From the NCBI GenBank assembly GCA_019116805.1, contig DXAV01000068.1, positions 21,709 through 85,708 of the forward strand: a DNA stretch of 64,000 nt, read 5' to 3'. The notes under the pieces were generated by a model, which was not told the DNA's origin, ran no database searches, and saw only the letters and a list, made by a program, of their open reading frames with translations. A program made the position numbers and the translations under genes. Positions within the stretch are counted from its first letter, which is position 1, and the number at the start of each line of letters is the position of its first letter. Positions 54,909 to 64,000 of this stretch are shown here, piece after piece. Origin of the DNA: Candidatus Bacteroides merdavium. Lineage in GTDB: Bacteria > Bacteroidota > Bacteroidia > Bacteroidales > Bacteroidaceae.

Positions 54909-55091
54909 AATAAAATGTTTGTTTTTAATAAGGTAAAATTGTCGTGTATCATTTTTGAGTGATACGTTACAAAAATAAAAAGAAAATTGGAAAACGGATA
55001 TACCAGAATTACGGTTATTCGTCTGTTTTTTCTTTTTTAAATATAATGATATGCCGAAAAAGCAGACATTTTGAGGAAATATGGGAGGAAG

Positions 55092-55209
55092 GTGTGACGC
55101 CGTGCTTCATGAGGGTCTGACGAAGTGCTTCGTGAGGTGCTCATGCAGTGCTTCGTCAGGGTGTCAGGAAGCACTGCATGAGAGTGTAAGAAAGTGCTTC
55201 GTCACGACG
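55092..55209. repeat. 23-bp-period tandem array (family A, copy 2, 5 units)
   Basis: Core at 55101, 55124, 55147, 55170 (inverted) and 55193. Contains the 15-bp inverted repeat CTCATGCAGTGCTTC/GAAGCACTGCATGAG. Confidence 0.9.
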
Positions 55210-55249
55210 GGTAACCGTGGCGGCACTTGGTTGGTCGTAAGGAAGCCTG

Positions 55250-55732
55250 TTATTGCATGGATGAGGCATCGAATGACAAAGGCAGCAGGTCGCCGACCCT
55301 CTGCATCTCGTAGATACCCTTTTCTCCATAGAGCAGGATGCGCATGGGCTGCTGGTATCTGGTTTCCGTTTCGAGCATCACTTGGCGGCAGGCACCGCAT
55401 GGCGGGATAGGGTCGTCCAAAAAAATGCCCTGTTCGTTACGGGCGGCAATAGCCAGCGTCTTTACAGCCTGGTCAGGGTAACGTGAGTTGGCATAGAAAA
55501 GAGTGGTACGTTCGGCACAGAGCCCCGACGGATAGGCGGCATTCTCCTGATTACTGCCACAGACAATGGTACCGTCCGCCAGGCGGGCGGCAGCTCCTAC
55601 GGAGAAGTGAGAGTAGGGGGAATAGCTGCGATGGGTGGCCTCGCGGGCAGCGTCTATCAGTTCGCGGTCGGCCTCGTTCAGCTCTTCGTATGGATAAATG
55701 TGGATGTTAATGTGGATATTCAGTTCTTTCAT
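55250..55732 (-). CDS. cdd: Cytidine deaminase
   Basis: YSPYSHFSVGAA, NQENA, CAE and PCGACRQ motifs. Confidence 0.95.
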   Translation of the reverse strand: MKELNIHINIHIYPYEELNEADRELIDAAREATHRSYSPYSHFSVGAAARLADGTIVCGSNQENAAYPSGLCAERTTLFYANSRYPDQAVKTLAIAARNEQGIFLDDPIPPCGACRQVMLETETRYQQPMRILLYGEKGIYEMQRVGDLLPLSFDASSMQ

Positions 55733-55830
55733 GGGTAGATGGTTTATGTAATTAATGTTACAAAGATAGGGAAGTGATTGGAATTTTCAATTCTTTTGCA
55801 GATTTTTGTGCTCAAATCAATGATAACAAC

Positions 55831-56751
55831 ATGAAATATACCTCCCGATTGTTGGCCCTTGTGGCTCTTCTCGTTTTGCTTCTGCCTGCTCAGGCACAAC
55901 GCAGAAATTCCCGTTACAACGAATACATCAAGCAGTATGCTCCTATTGCAGTGGAACAGATGAAGCTGCATAAGATACCGGCCAGCATCACGCTGGCACA
56001 GGGATTGCTCGAGAGTGGGGCGGGGCAGAGTGTGCTGGCCCGCAAGAGCAACAATCACTTTGGTATCAAGTGCCATAGCAACTGGCGTGGCCGTCGGGTC
56101 TATCACGATGACGATGCACGTGGTGAATGCTTCCGTGCATACCGTAATGTACGTGACTCCTATGAAGACCATTCCAAGTTCCTGACCAGTGGTGCGCGCT
56201 ATGCATTTCTGTTCAAACTGAAGATTACCGACTACAAGGGTTGGGCCAAAGGACTGAAGAAGGCCGGATATGCCACCGACCCGTCGTATGCCAACCGTCT
56301 GATTACCATCATTGAGGATTATGAGCTCTATAAGTATGACAATGAGGGAATGGGGCGTCGTGAGGCCCGCAAGTGGGAGAAGGAAATCAAGAAGAAACCT
56401 TGGCTGCTCAATCCTCATCAGGTGTATATTGCCAATGGGCTGGCCTATGTGGTGGCCCGTGATGGTGACAGCTTCGAATTGCTGGGCGGTGAGTTTGACA
56501 TCAGTTGGAAAAAACTGGTCAGCTACAACGACCTGCATCGTGAATATACCCTCGAGGCTGGTGACATCATCTATCTGAAGAAGAAGAACAAGAAGGCACA
56601 GAAGCCTTACACTGTCCACATTGTGCGCGATGGCGACTCCATGCACAGCATTTCCCAAAAGTATGGCATCCGTCTGAAGAACCTCTATAAGATGAACCGT
56701 AAGGACGGCGAATACGTACCTGAAGTGGGCGATCGCTTACGGCTGAGATAA
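55831..56751 (+). CDS. GH73 glucosaminidase with LysM domains
   Basis: ITLAQGLLESG, NNHFGIK and GYATDP motifs plus two LysM repeats. Start placed at MKYTSR. Confidence 0.93.
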   Translation: MKYTSRLLALVALLVLLLPAQAQRRNSRYNEYIKQYAPIAVEQMKLHKIPASITLAQGLLESGAGQSVLARKSNNHFGIKCHSNWRGRRVYHDDDARGECFRAYRNVRDSYEDHSKFLTSGARYAFLFKLKITDYKGWAKGLKKAGYATDPSYANRLITIIEDYELYKYDNEGMGRREARKWEKEIKKKPWLLNPHQVYIANGLAYVVARDGDSFELLGGEFDISWKKLVSYNDLHREYTLEAGDIIYLKKKNKKAQKPYTVHIVRDGDSMHSISQKYGIRLKNLYKMNRKDGEYVPEVGDRLRLR

Positions 56752-56842
56752 AAAACTGTTCTTCATTTGGGTGGGCATGCTTTTGCGTGATGTGTTCCAG
56801 CATATAGCTTGCTTTATACAATAACCTAAAAATATAGAGAAT

Positions 56843-57268
56843 ATGAAAAGCGATCCGAAAGAATGTCTGTATTGTCAGAACAACGAAGCGTTGCACAATC
56901 TGATGATTGAAATTGCCCAATTGAGTGTTTCACGTGTTTTCCTTTTCAAGGAGCAGACCTACCGCGGCCGGTGTCTGGTGGCCTATAAGGACCATGTGAA
57001 CGATTTGAATGAATTGACCGATGACGAACGTAATGCTTTCATGGCAGACGTAGTCCGTGCGACTCGTGCCATGCAGAAGGTATTCAATCCCGGAAAAATC
57101 AATTATGGAGCCTATTCCGACAAATTGTCGCATCTGCATTTCCACCTGGCGCCGAAGTATGTGGACGGCCCTGATTACGGCGGTACGTTTCAGATGAATC
57201 CCGGAAAAGTCTATCTTTCCGATGCGGAATACCAGCAGATGATCGACGCGCTGAAAGCAGCGCTTTGA
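56843..57268 (+). CDS. HIT family hydrolase
   Basis: CLYC and HLHFH motifs. Confidence 0.9.
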   Translation: MKSDPKECLYCQNNEALHNLMIEIAQLSVSRVFLFKEQTYRGRCLVAYKDHVNDLNELTDDERNAFMADVVRATRAMQKVFNPGKINYGAYSDKLSHLHFHLAPKYVDGPDYGGTFQMNPGKVYLSDAEYQQMIDALKAAL

Positions 57269-57329
57269 GAATTGAAAATGGAGAATGGATAATTGAGAAC
57301 TTTTAAGTATTCATTCTCCATTCTCAATT
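57266..57329. repeat. Heptamer-repeat hairpin between convergent genes
   Basis: AATTGAA AATGGAG AATGGAT AATTGAG with the inverted arm TTCATTCTCCATTCTCAATT. Confidence 0.75.
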
Positions 57330-58314
57330 AAATCTTTCCCAATATCTTATCCATAACCCAGTTTGTCAGCGTAGCGCTTTCGCCGTCGCAGGTGCAGACG
57401 GATTTGCCCAACAGATGATCCACAACGGCTTGGATGAGCGGTTGCTGCACGTAGAGCGGATTGGCTACGGGAATCTCTTCGCGTCCTTTTTCGGTATGCA
57501 GGGCGATGGGGTCATAAGTGAAGACCGAAAAGCAGATCATGCCCTTGTCGCCGATAATCTCGATACGGTCTTCGCGGGCGGAGTCATGAGCCACGAAACA
57601 CCATGAGCCGCTTCCTACCAACCCATTGTCGAACTGGAAACTGGCACTGATGGTGTCTTCTGCCTGATAAAGCCCGCCGCGGTTGCTCTTGTAACCGCTG
57701 GCTTCGAGGATACAGCCAAAGATTTCCTGTAACAGGTCAATCTGATGAGGGGCTAGGTCATAGAAATAGCCGCCTCCGGCTATGTCGGGCTGCACACGCC
57801 ACGGCAGATTCTCGCGGTTGTAGTCCAGATTGCGCGGCGGTTGTGCGAAGCGTATCTGGATGTTGATGACATTGCCGATGGCGCCTTCCTCGACGAGCGA
57901 CTTCACCTTCTGGAAGTAGGGCAGGTAGCGGCGGTAGTAGGCTACGAAGCAAGGCACGCCCGTTTCTTGCGAGATGCGGTTGATGCGGCAACATTCTTCG
58001 TAGGTCACGGCCATTGGCTTCTCAATATAAACCGGCTTGCCTGCCTTCATGGCCATGATGGCATACGTGGCATGCGAAGAGGGAGGCGTAGCGATATAGA
58101 CGGCGTTCACGTCTGGGTCGTCTATCAGCTCCTGAGCGTCGTCATACCACCGGGGGATGTTACGCTCCTGAGCATATGCCTTGGCTTTGGCTGCATTGCG
58201 GCTCATGACGGCTACGACCTCGGAGCCTTCTATCTTTTGGAAAGCGGGGCCGCTCTTGTATTTGGTCACTTCTCCGCAACCAATGAAACCCCATCTGATC
58301 TTTTCTCTCTTCAT
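57328..58314 (-). CDS. Gfo/Idh/MocA family oxidoreductase
   Basis: GFIGCG, VYIATPP..H, EKP and GGG..D..H motifs. Confidence 0.92.
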   Translation of the reverse strand: MKREKIRWGFIGCGEVTKYKSGPAFQKIEGSEVVAVMSRNAAKAKAYAQERNIPRWYDDAQELIDDPDVNAVYIATPPSSHATYAIMAMKAGKPVYIEKPMAVTYEECCRINRISQETGVPCFVAYYRRYLPYFQKVKSLVEEGAIGNVINIQIRFAQPPRNLDYNRENLPWRVQPDIAGGGYFYDLAPHQIDLLQEIFGCILEASGYKSNRGGLYQAEDTISASFQFDNGLVGSGSWCFVAHDSAREDRIEIIGDKGMICFSVFTYDPIALHTEKGREEIPVANPLYVQQPLIQAVVDHLLGKSVCTCDGESATLTNWVMDKILGKI

Positions 58315-58365
58315 TGTTGGTATAGATATTTAGTTGTTAGGAGATGGCTCCTGACTACCTATTCT

Positions 58366-58788
58366 TTAATCTTCTTCCTCAAAGTCAAACTCAAAATCAA
58401 AGTCGTCCATAAATTCGGGTGCCGTGAATTCCTCCAGGCTGCGGCGATCCTTTTTGGTGGGACGTCCTGTACCCTTGGCACGGTTCACGAAGCCGCTGAC
58501 ACGGCTCATTTCCAGCAGTTCGTACTGGTCGGGCGTGGTGACGTTTTCCATCATTTCGGCTACGAGCTTGGCACCCACACGTTTCTCGATGGCTTGCAGT
58601 ACCTTGAACGAGTAGGTGATGGGCGGTTTGCGCACTTGTATGATGTCGCCCGGCTTTACCATGCGGGCAGCTTTGGCTTGTGCACCGTTGATGCTGATGC
58701 GGCCTTTCTTGCAGGCTTCGGCGGCGATGGTGCGTGTCTTGAAGATACGCACAGCCCACATCCATTTGTCTATCCGTGCTTCACTCAT
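58366..58788 (-). CDS. hslR: S4-domain heat shock protein Hsp15
   Basis: [15 protein letters not shown] and GRPTKKDRR motifs. Confidence 0.9.
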   Translation of the reverse strand: MSEARIDKWMWAVRIFKTRTIAAEACKKGRISINGAQAKAARMVKPGDIIQVRKPPITYSFKVLQAIEKRVGAKLVAEMMENVTTPDQYELLEMSRVSGFVNRAKGTGRPTKKDRRSLEEFTAPEFMDDFDFEFDFEEED

Positions 58789-59348
58789 TTCTTGTTGAAT
58801 TGGTTCATGGTTATGTCAATGCCTGCCAGGCAGAAGCTTTTCACTATTTCGCCCGCGGTTTTCAGTCGTTCGGGCATGGTCTTCCAGTCCTCGTCCGAGA
58901 AGTGCCCCAGCACGTAGTCCACTTGTCCGCCGCGAGGAAAGTCGTTACCGATGCCGAAGCGCAGGCGGGCGTAGTTCTGTGTGCCCAGTGTGGCGGCAAT
59001 GTGCTTCAGACCGTTGTGACCCGCGTCGCTTCCTTTCCCTTTCAGACGAAGGGTGCCGAAGGGCAAGGCCAGGTCGTCCACAACGATGAGCGTATTCTCC
59101 AGTGGAATGTTCTCTTTTTGCATCCAGTAGCGCACGGCGTTGCCACTGAGGTTCATGTAGGTGGACGGTTTGAGCAGCAGTAACTGGCGCCCCTTCACCG
59201 AGAGGGTGGTGGTGAAGCCGTAGCGTCCGTCCTTGAAAGTGGCGCCCGCATCCTGTGCCAGTGCGTCCACGACCATGAAGCCGATGTTGTGGCGCGTTTC
59301 GTGATATTCAGGGCCTATGTTTCCAAGGCCTACAATCAGGTATTTCAT
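58785..59348 (-). CDS. pth: Peptidyl-tRNA hydrolase
   Basis: [21 protein letters not shown] and GHNGLK motifs. Start placed at MKYLIVG. Confidence 0.96.
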   Translation of the reverse strand: MKYLIVGLGNIGPEYHETRHNIGFMVVDALAQDAGATFKDGRYGFTTTLSVKGRQLLLLKPSTYMNLSGNAVRYWMQKENIPLENTLIVVDDLALPFGTLRLKGKGSDAGHNGLKHIAATLGTQNYARLRFGIGNDFPRGGQVDYVLGHFSDEDWKTMPERLKTAGEIVKSFCLAGIDITMNQFNKK

Positions 59349-59377
59349 CTTGCTTTCAAATTTGTAGGGAAGAGGGA

Positions 59378-59442
59378 AAGCATTGCTTTCCTTGGCGGAT
59401 CCCATTGTTTTCCTTCGGACATCCCATCGTTTTCCTTGGAGG
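59378..59442. repeat. 22-bp-period tandem array (family B, copy 2)
   Basis: CATYGYTTTCCTT at 59381, 59403 and 59425. Confidence 0.7.
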
Positions 59443-59474
59443 AACTCAGAGGCATGTCCAAGCAATAAAAAAAG

Positions 59475-59543
59475 AGCGCGGATTATCGCAGATCTCCGCG
59501 GATTGTGTAAACCAAACCTGCGTCTCTGCGTTAATCCGCGTCT
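59475..59543. repeat. REP-like hairpin with CGCRGAT internal repeats
   Basis: CGCGGATTATCGCAGA ... TCTGCGTTAATCCGCG arms, with an A-run on the left (T-tail on the minus strand after rplY). Confidence 0.7.
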
Positions 59544-59585
59544 TTCTTGTTTCGTTTATCCTTATCTCAGGAAGGAACGTTCCGA

Positions 59586-60176
59586 TTAGTTGTTTGCGGC
59601 AGCGGCGGCACCTCTTGCGGCACGTGTCAGCTTAACGGCGCAAACTACAGCTTCCTTGGCGTTCATCAGCTCCAGACCTTCGTAGCTTAGTTCGCCTACC
59701 TTTACAGTCTTGCCCAGACCCAGGTGAGAAACGTTTACTACCAGTCTTTCGGGGATAACGTTGTAGAGGGCTTTCACTTTCAGCTTACGCATCTGCAGAG
59801 CCAGCTTACCACCGGCCTTCACACCTTCTGCCAAGCCTTCGAGCTGTACGGGAACTTCCATTACGATAGGTTTAGCTTCGTCGATCTGATAGAAGTCAAC
59901 GTGCAGGATAGTGTCCTTTACAGGGTGGAACTGGATATCCTTCATGATGGCGTTGTACTTCTTGCCATCGATTTCGAGGTCAACCACGTAGATGTGCGGA
60001 GTGTAAACCAAGTTACGCAGACCGTCTGCAGGTACAGTGAAGTGGATGTTTTCGCCACCACCATAGAGTACGCAGGGTACACCGTTGTTTTTACGAATGG
60101 CCTTCAAGGCTCTTGCCTGTTCCGAAGAACGTTCTGCAATGGTTCTTGCAGTTCCTTTTACTTCAATTGATTTCAT
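59586..60176 (-). CDS. rplY: 50S ribosomal protein L25 / Ctc
   Basis: VPCVLYGG, DIQFHPV...HVDF and GVKAGG motifs; next to pth. Confidence 0.96.
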   Translation of the reverse strand: MKSIEVKGTARTIAERSSEQARALKAIRKNNGVPCVLYGGGENIHFTVPADGLRNLVYTPHIYVVDLEIDGKKYNAIMKDIQFHPVKDTILHVDFYQIDEAKPIVMEVPVQLEGLAEGVKAGGKLALQMRKLKVKALYNVIPERLVVNVSHLGLGKTVKVGELSYEGLELMNAKEAVVCAVKLTRAARGAAAAANN

Positions 60177-60277
60177 TTGAATTAATTTTTTTGTGTTACT
60201 CTAAATTAAGTAGTTGTTTTTGCTTAATTCACCATCACACGATGCGGTCGGGCCGCACATGCTGTAAAAAAGCGGTG

Positions 60278-60308
60278 CAAAAGTACTGCTTCTTTTTGAA
60301 TAATCAAA
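60278..60308 (-). promoter_or_regulatory. Housekeeping promoter of rplY (TTTG-N19-TACTTTTG)
   Basis: Consensus -33/-7 elements at canonical spacing. Confidence 0.75.
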
Positions 60309-60317
60309 GGGTTGTGC

Positions 60318-60734
60318 TTAAAAATCGATGTCTATTTTGATTTCTCCATCTTCCAGAGCGGGGCTTTCGTTGTCAGCTTTTTCCGCTGTGTCTGTGTTTT
60401 GGAGCATGTTGGCTTCTTTGTTTTCCTTTTGCGGTGCGGTATAGACACCCTGTTGCTCCTGGATAAAGTTGATGGATTGTTGCAATCCGTTCAGGAACTT
60501 TTCGAAGTCTTCCCGATAGAGGAATATCTTGTGCTTCTCGAAGCTCACCTGTGAATCGTCGCCTTCACCACTGATGACTTTCTTGCTTTCTGTGATGGCA
60601 AGAAACATTTCGTCTTTTCTGTTCTTCTTGACGTCCAGATAATAGATACGTTTGCCGGCTTTGATGGCTTGCGAATATAAGATTTCCTTGTCGCTGCTCT
60701 CTCCACCGTTTTTCTTTTTCCACTCTTCTTCCAT
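60318..60734 (-). CDS. DUF3276 (PUR-like nucleic-acid-binding) protein
   Basis: KAGKRIYYLDVK, FLAITESKK and KHKIFLYREDF motifs. Confidence 0.9.
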   Translation of the reverse strand: MEEEWKKKNGGESSDKEILYSQAIKAGKRIYYLDVKKNRKDEMFLAITESKKVISGEGDDSQVSFEKHKIFLYREDFEKFLNGLQQSINFIQEQQGVYTAPQKENKEANMLQNTDTAEKADNESPALEDGEIKIDIDF

Positions 60735-60992
60735 AACTTATCAGTAAAATATAAATAGGTCGTTAATATTATATTTATCGAAGCTATCATGCGTCGGACT
60801 TTGCTTCTTGCAGAAGCCGACAGGGCCAGATAGCTCGTATCGGGGTCCAAAATTGACGATTTTTTTTCAACTGTCAAAAGAAAATGGCCGGATTATCAAC
60901 TTCTGCGATAAAAAAACTGATTTATTTATGCCAAGTCATGAAAAATGCCTACTTTTGTACCCCGTTAAATAACCGTATTTACACTAAGATTT

Positions 60993-61919
60993 ATGATTAA
61001 CAGAGTTCTTATTCGTCTTAAGATTATACAGCTTGTATACGCTTATTATCAGAATGGCAGCAAGAATTTAGACTCGGCGGAGAAAGAATTGTTCTTCAGC
61101 CTTTCCAAGGCTTATGACTTGTACAATTACCTGCTGATGCTGATGGTGGCTTTGACGAACTATGCGCAAAAACGTATTTCGGCCGCAAAGGCCAAGCTGG
61201 CGCCTACGCCGGAGGAATTGCATCCTAACACCAAGTTTGTGGAAAACAAGTTCATCGCCCAGTTGGAGATGAACAAGCAGTTGCTGGACTTCATGTCCAA
61301 CCAGAAACGCTCGTGGGACAACGACGAAGATTTCGTGAAGAGTCTCTATGAGAAAATCATCGCTTCGGACATATATAAGGAATATATGGCTTCCGACGAT
61401 CGTTCCTATGAAGCCGACCGTGAGTTGTGGCGGAAGCTCTACAAGACGTTTGTCTTCAACAACGAAGCGCTGGACGCTTTGCTCGAGGACCAGAGCCTCT
61501 ATTGGAACGATGACAAGGAGATTGTGGACACTTTCGTATTGAAGACTATCAAACGATTTGATGAGAAAAACGGAGTCAATCAAGAATTGTTGCCTGAGTT
61601 TAAGGATGACGAAGATCGCGAATTTGCCCGCCGTCTTTTTCGTCGTACCATTCTCAACTGCGATTATTACCGTCACCTCATCAGTGAGAATATTCGCAAT
61701 TGGGACTTGGATCGAGTAGCTTTCATGGATGTTATAATCATGCAGTGTGCATTGGCTGAAATCCTGAGCTTCCCCAATATCCCCGTCAGCGTGTCGCTCA
61801 ACGAATATGTGGACATTGCCAAGGTTTATAGTACGGCCAAGAGCAGCAGTTTCGTGAACGGGACGCTGGATGGAATTGTTAATCAATTAAAAAAAGATGG
61901 TAAGCTGTCGAAAAACTGA
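60993..61919 (+). CDS. nusB: Transcription antitermination factor NusB (long Bacteroidetes form)
   Basis: MINRVLIR and NWDLDRVAFMD...NEYV.IAK.YS....FVNGTLD motifs. Confidence 0.95.
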   Translation: MINRVLIRLKIIQLVYAYYQNGSKNLDSAEKELFFSLSKAYDLYNYLLMLMVALTNYAQKRISAAKAKLAPTPEELHPNTKFVENKFIAQLEMNKQLLDFMSNQKRSWDNDEDFVKSLYEKIIASDIYKEYMASDDRSYEADRELWRKLYKTFVFNNEALDALLEDQSLYWNDDKEIVDTFVLKTIKRFDEKNGVNQELLPEFKDDEDREFARRLFRRTILNCDYYRHLISENIRNWDLDRVAFMDVIIMQCALAEILSFPNIPVSVSLNEYVDIAKVYSTAKSSSFVNGTLDGIVNQLKKDGKLSKN

Positions 61920-61962
61920 TACCTTTGCTTTGCATTATTAAAAAACCAAACGGATAATTTAT

Positions 61963-62295
61963 ATGAATTTAATGACTGTATTTCTTTTGCAGGCTCCTGC
62001 TGCAGGACCTGATGCCAGCTGGACATGGATCATGCTGATTGCCATGTTCGTTATCATGTATTTCTTCATGATTCGTCCGCAGAACAAAAAACAGAAGGAA
62101 ATCGCCAATTTCCGCAAGTCGCTTCAGGTGAACCAGAAGGTTATCACTGCCGGAGGTATTCATGGAGTGATTAAGGAAATCAATGATAATGATGTAGTGC
62201 TGGAAATTGCTTCGAACGTAAAAATCCGTATCGACAAGAATTCTATCTTTGCTGCCGCTGCCGATGCCAACAGCAGTCAGGCTGCCAACAAATAA
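61963..62295 (+). CDS. yajC: Preprotein translocase subunit YajC
   Basis: YFFMIRPQ and VITAGGIHG motifs. Confidence 0.96.
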   Translation: MNLMTVFLLQAPAAGPDASWTWIMLIAMFVIMYFFMIRPQNKKQKEIANFRKSLQVNQKVITAGGIHGVIKEINDNDVVLEIASNVKIRIDKNSIFAAAADANSSQAANK

Positions 62296-62307
62296 AAAAG
62301 AAGACTT

Positions 62308-63327
62308 ATGTTCGAACAGAGGAACATAAAACGGCTTTTTTTGAAGACGAAGAAACAAACAAAGGACTTCCTGCTCAGTGCGAAGAGCCGGGAGTTCTTT
62401 GTTTTTTTGTGTTTCTTCTTTATCGCTGCGGGCTTCTGGTTGCTTCAGACACTGAATAACGACTATGAGACGGAGTTCTCCATTCCTGTCAGATTGAAGA
62501 ATGTGCCCGAGAATGTGGTTATCACTTCCGAACCCGTCTCCGAGATACGAGTGCGAGTACGCGACAAAGGTACGGTGTTGCTTAACTATATGTTGGGCAA
62601 GAGTTTTTATCCCGTGGCACTCGACTTCGATAACTATGCTCAGATGGGTAACCATGTCCGTGTTTACGGTTCTCAAATTCAGAAACGGGTGACCGGTCAG
62701 CTTAATGTTTCTACCACCCTGCTTTCCATGAAGCCAGATACGTTGGAGTTCTATTATTCAACAGGTGTTTCCAGAAACCTGCCGGTAAGACTACGTGGAA
62801 AGGTGAGTGCGGGAGGGCAATATTACTTGCCGGATACTGTATTCACGCCTGACTCCGTACGTGTGTATGCCCCTCCTGGTGCATTGGATACCATGACTGC
62901 TGCCTATACGGAGTTCTTGAATTTAGAAAATATCGGTGATACATTGAGACGTGAGGTCGCTCTCTCTGCTCCGAGGGGAGTGAAATTTGTTCCTGCTTCT
63001 GTTAAATTGATGTTGCCAGTGGATGTCTATACGGAGAAAACGGTGGAAGTACCTTTACGTGGAGTTAATTTCCCGGCAGGAAAAGTACTGCGGGCTTTCC
63101 CTTCGAAAATCAAGATTTCTTTTCAAGTGGGCATGAGTCGTTTTCGTCAAATTACGGCTGATGACTTTCATCTTGTGGTTTCGTATGAGGAACTGGTGCG
63201 TCTGGGCGATGAAAAATATACTATTAAGTTGAGAAATCTGCCAGCTGGGGTCAGCCACGTGCGCTTCAATCCTCCGCAAGTCGATTTCTTGATAGAACAA
63301 GTTCCAGCAGGTAGTTATGGCTATTAA
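62308..63327 (+). CDS. YbbR/CdaR-like domain protein
   Basis: N-terminal TM helix and repeated beta-rich YbbR-like units; usual yajC-coaE context. Confidence 0.82.
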   Translation: MFEQRNIKRLFLKTKKQTKDFLLSAKSREFFVFLCFFFIAAGFWLLQTLNNDYETEFSIPVRLKNVPENVVITSEPVSEIRVRVRDKGTVLLNYMLGKSFYPVALDFDNYAQMGNHVRVYGSQIQKRVTGQLNVSTTLLSMKPDTLEFYYSTGVSRNLPVRLRGKVSAGGQYYLPDTVFTPDSVRVYAPPGALDTMTAAYTEFLNLENIGDTLRREVALSAPRGVKFVPASVKLMLPVDVYTEKTVEVPLRGVNFPAGKVLRAFPSKIKISFQVGMSRFRQITADDFHLVVSYEELVRLGDEKYTIKLRNLPAGVSHVRFNPPQVDFLIEQVPAGSYGY

Positions 63328-63925
63328 AATAGGATTAACTGGAGGAATCGGTAGTGGCAAGAGTGTGGTGTCACGCTTGTTGAAAGCGATGGGTATTCCT
63401 GTGTATATTTCAGATATTGAAACTCGTCGGCTGATGGTGACGGACGAAGGTATTCGCCTTGGCCTAACATCGCTTTTGGGTGATGATGTTTATATGAGTG
63501 GCTGTCTGAATAAACCTTTATTGGCATCCTATCTATTTGATAGTGAAGAGCATGCTTCGTGTGTTAACGGAATCGTTCATCCACGTGTGAAAGATGATTT
63601 TCGGCGCTGGTGTTGCGAACGTTCGGATTTGTCGTTGGTCGGCATAGAGTCGGCTATCCTACTGGAAGCTGGATTTAGACAAGAAGTAGATGTTGTGGTT
63701 ATGATTTATGCTCCTTTGGAGGTGCGTATTCGCCGGGCTGTCAGTCGGGACGCATCATCGCGCGAACAGATAGAACGGCGTATTCGCTGTCAGATGGATG
63801 ATGAAAAGAAGCGCAGACAGGCTGACTATGTTATCGTGAATGATGGCATTTCACCGTTGATACCACAGGTTTTGACCCTTATTACTTCTCTATCTAAAAA
63901 TATTGATTACCTTTGTGGCCGCTAA
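63317..63925 (+). CDS. coaE: Dephospho-CoA kinase
   Basis: [18 protein letters not shown] and ADYVIVN motifs. Confidence 0.96.
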   Translation: MAIKIGLTGGIGSGKSVVSRLLKAMGIPVYISDIETRRLMVTDEGIRLGLTSLLGDDVYMSGCLNKPLLASYLFDSEEHASCVNGIVHPRVKDDFRRWCCERSDLSLVGIESAILLEAGFRQEVDVVVMIYAPLEVRIRRAVSRDASSREQIERRIRCQMDDEKKRRQADYVIVNDGISPLIPQVLTLITSLSKNIDYLCGR

Positions 63926-64000
63926 TACAGACGGTACGACTGAAGGATGTGTGACCGTGTCATGTGTAGCGACAGTTTTTATGTGTAATATTAAATTTTG

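Noticed and set aside
60779-60850. tRNA or SRP RNA
   Set aside because: No cloverleaf, T-loop GTTCRA or CCA end, and no SRP GGAA-loop helix motif.

Overview
A Bacteroidales (Bacteroidaceae-like) chromosomal segment. The assignment rests on the many TAnnTTTG -7 promoter elements, A-rich start contexts without Shine-Dalgarno sequences, and typical gene content. Most of it is housekeeping and envelope genes: prmA, perR-rubrerythrin, nadE, pyrC, mfd, ygiQ, pgm, cdd, pth, rplY and nusB-yajC-coaE. I found no rRNA, tRNA, CRISPR array, integrase or transposase. The stretch between mfd and ygiQ (about 26.3-40.8 kb) is an accessory mosaic. It holds a split LysO exporter with a candidate leader peptide/attenuator, a MATE pump, DUF1847, an AT-rich McrBC-like (DUF2357) restriction pair with unassigned terminal domains, a truncated HU-like gene, a MutT Nudix hydrolase, a nuclease-DUF2075 helicase, DUF1963, a GH95 fucosidase and a GH28-like gene fragment. 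The best candidates for an undescribed system are three. (i) A five-gene operon at 48.8-54.9 kb: a NapH/NapG-like polyferredoxin with an internal twin-arginine motif, a Tat-lipoprotein aldo/keto reductase with Fe-S clusters, DUF1893, a TonB-dependent receptor and NudC. (ii) The McrBC/Nudix/DUF2075 putative defence cluster. (iii) A set of intergenic 22-23 bp periodic arrays and REP-like hairpins. Family calls come from motif recognition by eye, not from database searches.
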